In this document: positions 57,982-64,000 of the stretch, piece by piece | Numbering within the stretch: position 1 is the stretch's first letter | How the letters are laid out: each line of letters begins with the position of its first letter | NCBI GenBank assembly: GCA_012295275.1 | Contig: CM022669.1 | Location: 496,001 to 560,000, forward strand | Direction: 5' to 3' | Source of the DNA: Chrysomallon squamiferum | Lineage: Eukaryota > Animalia > Mollusca | DNA length: 64,000 bases | Position numbers and translations under genes: made by a program | The notes under the pieces: model-generated | What the model was told of the DNA's origin: nothing | What the model saw: the letters and a program-made list of their open reading frames with translations, nothing else | Databases searched by the model: none

Positions 57982-58220
57982 TCGTGTATGATTTTATTTA
58001 TAATGACAGAGAATGGATATGTTTAACTGTATTATTATCATCGTTATCATTATTATCATCATTATCATCATTATCGTTATCATCATCATTATCATGATTA
58101 TTATTATCATCATTATTTTTGTCATCATTATCGTCATGATTATTATTATCATCATCATCATCAACATCATCATTATCATGATTATCGTTTTTATTGTTGT
58201 TGTTGTTATTTCTGTTGCAG

Positions 58221-58708
58221 TGTGTCTACCAGGTGATATAGCCTTCGTTTTCGAAACCAAGTTTAAAACAGAAGCACAAATACAGCAACTACATCAAGTC
58301 ATCTCCACCTTCAGCGATACACTCGCCAACAGCAACGTCCGTGTCAGCGTGTTCACCAACCCAGGCACTGACGTGAGCAGCTTACAGTCGCAGCTGCGCG
58401 GCACCGTGGACAACACCGAGCTCTACGTGTCCGACATGCTGAGGAAACTGAGATATGAACACAGAGGTGTGGCAGTCATAATACTAGACAAAAACATCAG
58501 AGAAATTTCTGCTGTGATCGCACAGGCTAAAATGGCCAAAGCTCAGGGACTGAGGCTGGTTGTTGTCGCAGTTGGTGCTGTCTGGGACAGATTTGCCGAG
58601 GAGACAGTGTCGAATCCGGTGTCTGAGAATCTTATTAAAGTGAAAAGTTATAAAGACTTTAGTACCGCGGGCCTCAGAACATTGTCACAACGTTTTTCCT
58701 GCAGATAA
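58221..58708 (+). CDS. Triple-VWA protein exon 6: degenerate VWA domain 3 and stop
   Basis: Acceptor tctgttgcag|; (L)CLPGDIAFVFE...VRVSVF...VAVIILD...LRLVVVAVG...FSCR*. VWA strand pattern is kept but MIDAS is lost. Joined CDS 1785 nt = 594 aa. Confidence 0.88.
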
Positions 58709-58908
58709 AGTTTTCAACAGAACATGCTGTTGTAAAAGTCATTAGTCATGAAATGCACTTGTTCAAAAACTCATAGTATACATACTTTTCATACAACTGT
58801 TTTACCGTGAAGTGTTATAGTGTTACTGTATATATATATATATATACACTGTATCACTAAGAAATCATTTTCACATGACATAAAGAAACAAATCTTATAA
58901 CTCTGTAT

Positions 58909-58939
<31 letters not shown>

Positions 58940-59220
58940 TATATAAAAAAAAATTAGCGTGAAAAAAGCGACAGATGACTGCAAAACGTGAACAGTTACA
59001 TGTGTAAATAATTTTACGGTAAAATTTGTGTTAACAACATTTATTTAGTTTTCACTTTGAGTTTTAGTTACACTGGATATTAACAATGCATGTACTAATG
59101 TAAGAGACAACTGGTAATAATCAAAATCGTAGCGAAGACTGCAGATATGACATAACTTTAAGCAACAGACTTCGTCTAGAAAAAAGCAACATTGACAGTA
59201 TGAATTTTAATATTTTTATG

Positions 59221-59226
59221 AATAAA
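59221..59226 (+). terminator. Candidate polyadenylation signal of the VWA gene
   Basis: AATAAA about 510 nt after the stop with a downstream ttttgttgtt element. Confidence 0.45.
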
Positions 59227-59744
59227 ATTGTTAATTTAAACATACATTTTGTTGTTACTAATTTATTTAATATATTAAGTTATGGTATGGTAGACACAAG
59301 CCATATGAATGTTTTTAGAACTCCACAAAATATAATAAAATAAAATAAGTAAATATAATTTCCTGCCCTCTTGTTTTTACATGGCTGTTAGGAACACTCA
59401 AAAGAAAGCGCGTGCACATAGACACGTGTACATATATACAAATGTTGATGAAGAAATTCACTGGAAGTGAAAACCTGTAAAGACTGAGTAATCATCGATA
59501 ACGATGTTTGCAACCGATTTCTGCTGTTTGTTAACAATAAATAAAGAAAGAAATAACAAAACAAAAAATAAACTAAATTAATTCCGCTCTTACTCTCATT
59601 CCTGTTTTCTTTATATAATTATTATTACAACATTTTCCTAATTATTCGTCATAGTTATGTGAGGAATGGTACCGTGGAACAAATATGTATGACGTTCCAT
59701 CAAATATCATGTCCAGTTCTTTCGATATAGTTTCTGATTATTTT

Positions 59745-60650
59745 CATTCTCGTGAACAGAATATAGGTTCTGTTAATATGTACATTCTGGTCAGTTGTAC
59801 ATAATAACATAACCTACATTCCACTCACCAGATTCGACATAATACCATAACCGACATTCTACTCACCAGAATATACATAATGCCGTAATAAGTGAATAGA
59901 GTGTGGTTTATGATAATATGTACATTCTGATGAGTAGAATGTGAGTTACGGTAGTATGTACATTCTGGTAAGTGAAATATAGGTTATGTACATTTTAGTG
60001 AGTGAAATGTAGGTTATGGTAATATGTACATTTTGGTGAGTAGAATGTGAGTTATGGTAATATGTACATTTTGGTGAGTAGAATGTGAGTTATGGTATTA
60101 TGTACATTGTGGTGAGTAGAATGTAGGTTATGATATTATGTATATTCTGGTGAGTGGAATGTAGGATATGTTATTATGTACATTCTTGTGAGTGGAATGT
60201 AGGATATGTTATTATATACATTCTTGTGAGTGGAATGTAGGATATGTTATTATGTACATTCTTGTGAGTGGAATGTAGGATATGTTATTATATACATTGC
60301 GGTGAGTAGAATGTAGGTTATGATATGTATATTCTGGTGAGTTGAATGTAGGATATGTTATTATGTACATTCTTGTTAGTGGAATGTAGGATATGTTATT
60401 ATGTACATTCTTGTTAGTGGAATGTAGGATATGTTATTATGTACATTCTTGTGAGTGGAATGTAGGATATGTTATTATGTACATTCTTGTTAGTGGAATG
60501 TAGGATATGTTATTATGTACATTCTTGTGAGTGGAATGTAGGATATGTTATTATGTACATTCTTGTTAGTGGAATGTAGGATATGTTATTATGTACATTC
60601 TTGTTAGAAGAATGTGGGTTATGTTATTGTGTACATTCTTGTGAATGGAT
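59745..60650. repeat. 38 bp minisatellite with an internal inverted block
   Basis: Unit TGTACATTCTTGTGAGTGGAATGTAGGATATGTTATTA; the units at 59796-59888 are reverse-complemented. Confidence 0.92.
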
Positions 60651-61027
60651 TGGGAAAATTTGAATTTCTTCACATTTTATTGAAACATTTGAAGAAAACC
60701 GATCTTGTACTAACACGTATAAATTTCAAATGAAATATTTTTATCAGTTTTGTTTCAGATATTTAAACGACAGTGTTCAAAGTTTAATGTACAAAAGATG
60801 TGTTGGATAAGAATGTTTCAAACACAAAGATAACAACAAAAGTACAAGTTAGATTTTCTGTCTGTACTAATTATTTTTTCTTCTTTTAAGACAACACTTC
60901 AACAGTAAGAAAATGTATTTAGTTTATTAGCATTTAATTAATTTATTTTCACTTTACAATACAGACTGTACATAAGAACTTTATAGACACATGTTTGTCT
61001 TCAGATCGTATCACCGTGGAAGGGACA

Positions 61028-61359
61028 TTAGCTGTTGTCTTGCACTTTCTCTAAGATATAGTGCCACTTGGCATGTTCACACCCTGGCGTGCACAGCGTG
61101 TCATTCCAGTGAGCGATTTCGCTTTCTTCCGTGCCTCCGTATCCCAGCCGAACTTGTCCGATCACTTCATCCGAGCGAAGCCGATCATGGTCGAAGACAG
61201 TAAGCACTACGGCTGTGCATTTCATTTCCTGGATATCCGAGGAGACAGTGAACGTGAAAACTTCGTTAAACATCGGCTGCGTCGTGTTTTTTAGCGTCCT
61301 CGTGTTTATTCGTGTTATACCCTTTCCTGTCTGCATCACTTCTACTCTGACGTAAGGAT
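61028..61359 (-). CDS. Terminal exon of a synaptotagmin-family protein (C2B domain); upstream exons lie right of the window
   Basis: Acceptor ttcttccctccag|, phase 1; (D)PYVRVEV...KNTTQPMFNEVFTF...LTVFDHDRLRSDEVIGQVRLG...HWNDTL..P......WHYI. C2B motifs DPYV, P.FNE.F.F, DxD, HW and WHxL are present. Subfamily not determinable. Confidence 0.9.
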
Positions 61360-61593
61360 CTGGAGGGAAGAAATAAAATGAAAAGTAATGACAAAACAGT
61401 GTAGGATTGTTTTGAACCATAGCTTGAGATCAATAAAAAATCATTTATGGCTATATTAATTTTTTTTAATTTAATTTATTATTATTATTATTCTTTATAA
61501 GATTCGTGACAATTTCAGTCTCCAACAAAACTTATAGAAAAATACTGACGTCCATTTAGAGAGGAAAACAATCAATAATAATAATAATAATAA

Positions 61594-61624
<31 letters not shown>

Positions 61625-63465
61625 AAGAAGAAGAAGAAAAAAAAGATGAAGAAGAAACAAAATGAAGTACAACGAGAAGACGACGACGATGTAATGATGG
61701 CTGTGATGATGATAATGAACAAATGATGGAGAACTATATCACGAGGTTCCACGAAATGGCAGAATTCATCAATCATTATACACAGATATATATATAGATC
61801 CTAATATATAAATAAATAAATAAAGAAAGAAAATGGTCAGCCTTTTCTGTACTCTGCATGCGAACGTGTATACAGAGCGCACTATGCTAAGAAAGATGAC
61901 GACGTATGTGATAAGCTTGGCGGACGTACAGACATCATTGTTTAATACTTGGTAGATAAGAGGTTCAGGAAGTCTTACAACTTCCGCGATTGGGTTGACG
62001 TCGTCCTGTGTCGCGCGTCGTGTCGTAATGAAAAACGAGTCTTGCGACGTGAACCTTCATATCACGAGACGTCGTTCTGATAGCAGAGTAATAAGTGACG
62101 TCCAAACTTCTTAGACTAGAGGCAAACAAACCCACGTACATGTAGACATATATCTCATATAGACACACACACGCACTCAAAGACACATCAGACATGTATG
62201 CGTATTATTTAGAAATCTGTGTATGCAGCGAATAACGTAAAGTTAATAACGTGTGTGATTTGTATTTACTTTCTTTAACAACTGTTCATCTGCAGTTAAC
62301 ATAATGAAAACTTATACTGTGCAAATACATAATTTTAGCTACCGTATCCCTCGATTTAACTCGAAACCGCCAAGAACAGAAATTTCAAAATGTATGGACA
62401 TTCAAACACACATATATACACACATACACATATAACTTTAAAAACAAAGTATTCGCCCAAAAAAATCCCCGTTTTTGAAATTAAGTGTTTGGGGCCCTCT
62501 GGCGTAGTTCAGTAGAGCCTAATCACGTGATCTAGGTCTGTTTTTCATTCTGAATGACAAAACTTTAATCGATGAACGGAGCCTGAAGCTGTACAAGTTT
62601 GTGCGACTAAATCGATACTTGCCATCATTAACCTTACAGCACGTTTCTAATCAACAGTCTCAACACGTTAGCTCTCGGAAATACAGCGCCATTGAAAACT
62701 AGATGTTTTTAACTATAATCTGACGGCCATTAAATCATTGTTGTAAACTGTCCACGATTTGGTTCCTGCTCGTATTATCTGGTCAGTGCTACTGGGCGTG
62801 GATTTGTATTAGCAAAGCTTGTGATAGATTTGTTAAATGATAAAAAGTAACATAACTGTAATGGCTACCTTTTTTGTTAAAAATTTGTATGCATTTAGTA
62901 TGCAAGGGATGCTTAAGATATTCAACTGACGCACGGTACATGTTTCTTTATACTTTTAATAAAAAAATTTTTAAAACAAAATTAATAAAAGAATTCATCA
63001 GTTTCTTCATTAAAATTTGAAATTCACTTTCTGTTTTTGATGCTGTGAGATATCTGCGAATATTTTATGTAACCCCCCTCTCACTATCAGTCTATCTATT
63101 TTTTGGTTTATCTTTTCTTTCAGAAATCAATAAAGCATTATGCACAGATGTTGTCTTTTTATTTTTCAATTACAATAATAAAAATAAAATAAAAATGAAA
63201 ATAAAAAAGAAGAAAAAAGAAAGAAGATAAAAACATAATAACACACGCTACCGAATTTTATCCAAATTGACGTATTAAAAAAGTCATCTGGTTCCTATTC
63301 TAGAAAATTAGACTTCACTTATCCCTGTAACCAACTTCCTGGTGATTTTGAACGTCTGCTTTCATTTGAAAGTAAATTATTGCGTAAATTGGAAAAAAGT
63401 GAACTACAGATGGAAGGAGAAAGTTGAAGAGATGTAATTCTGTCTCATTTACCCAGCCTCTGTTT

Positions 63466-64000
63466 GTCCGTCAGATTTACCTGTACGTGTGTGTGTACGT
63501 CCGTCAGATTTACCTGTATGTGTGTGTATGTCCGTCAGATTTACCTGTACGTGTGTGTGTACGTCAGATTTACCTGTACGTGTGTGTGTACGTCCGTCAG
63601 ATTTACCTGTGTGTGTGTGTGTACGTCAGATTTACCTCTATGTGTGTGTGTACGTCCGTCAGATTTACCTGTACGTGTGTGTGTACGTCCGTCAAATTTA
63701 CCTGTGTGTGTGTGTGTGTCCGTCAAATTTACCTGTATGTGTGTCCGTCAGATTTACCTGTATGTGTGTGTACGTTCGTCAGATTTACCTGTACGTGTGT
63801 GTGTGTACGTCCGTCAGATTTACCTGTACGTGTGTGTGTACGTCCGTCAGATTTACCTGTATGTGTGTGTGTACGTCAGATTTACCTGTATGTGTGTGTA
63901 CGTCAGATTTACCTGTATGTGTGTGTGTACGTCCGTCAGATTTACCTGTATGTGTGTGTGTACGTCCGTCAGATTTACCTGTATGTGTGTGTGTACGTCA
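63466..64000. repeat. Composite minisatellite (about 30-36 bp) with embedded variable (GT)n, at least 17 copies, running off the window
   Basis: Unit CGTCCGTCAGATTTACCTGTAYGTGTGTGTGTA. Confidence 0.95.

Noticed and set aside
58013-58220. Poly-Ile hydrophobic N-terminus of ORF 58013..58708
   Set aside because: Intronic (ATC/ATT)n repeat; the true exon starts after the acceptor at 58221.

Overview
AT-rich (~30% GC), microsatellite-dense animal genomic DNA with spliceosomal GT-AG introns. It is probably lophotrochozoan or molluscan, inferred from composition and gene style rather than proven. Four genes can be reconstructed by hand. (1) The 5' part of a PDE8-family cAMP phosphodiesterase on the minus strand: coding exons 28250-28032, 5636-5580 and 3562-3372, with a 22.4-kb first intron; the gene continues left of the window. 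(2) A complete 5-exon frataxin gene on the plus strand (45571-48549, 217 aa). (3) A complete 6-exon secreted protein with three von Willebrand A domains (55427-58708, 594 aa) behind a TATA box. (4) The last exon of a synaptotagmin-like C2B protein on the minus strand (61359-61028). Between them lie a decayed Tc1/mariner transposon, several minisatellite arrays and many simple repeats. Most ORFs in the supplied track are repeat artefacts. No prokaryote-type system is present. The most interesting signals are a tandem array of 17 splice-donor-like sites interleaved with CA repeats in the synaptotagmin intron, an LC8-type TQT motif in PDE8, a cysteine pair flanking the MIDAS site of VWA domain 2, candidate internal PDE8 promoters (RFX, CRE, YY1), strong over-representation of full CRE palindromes, and a sharp CpG-depleted domain over frataxin.
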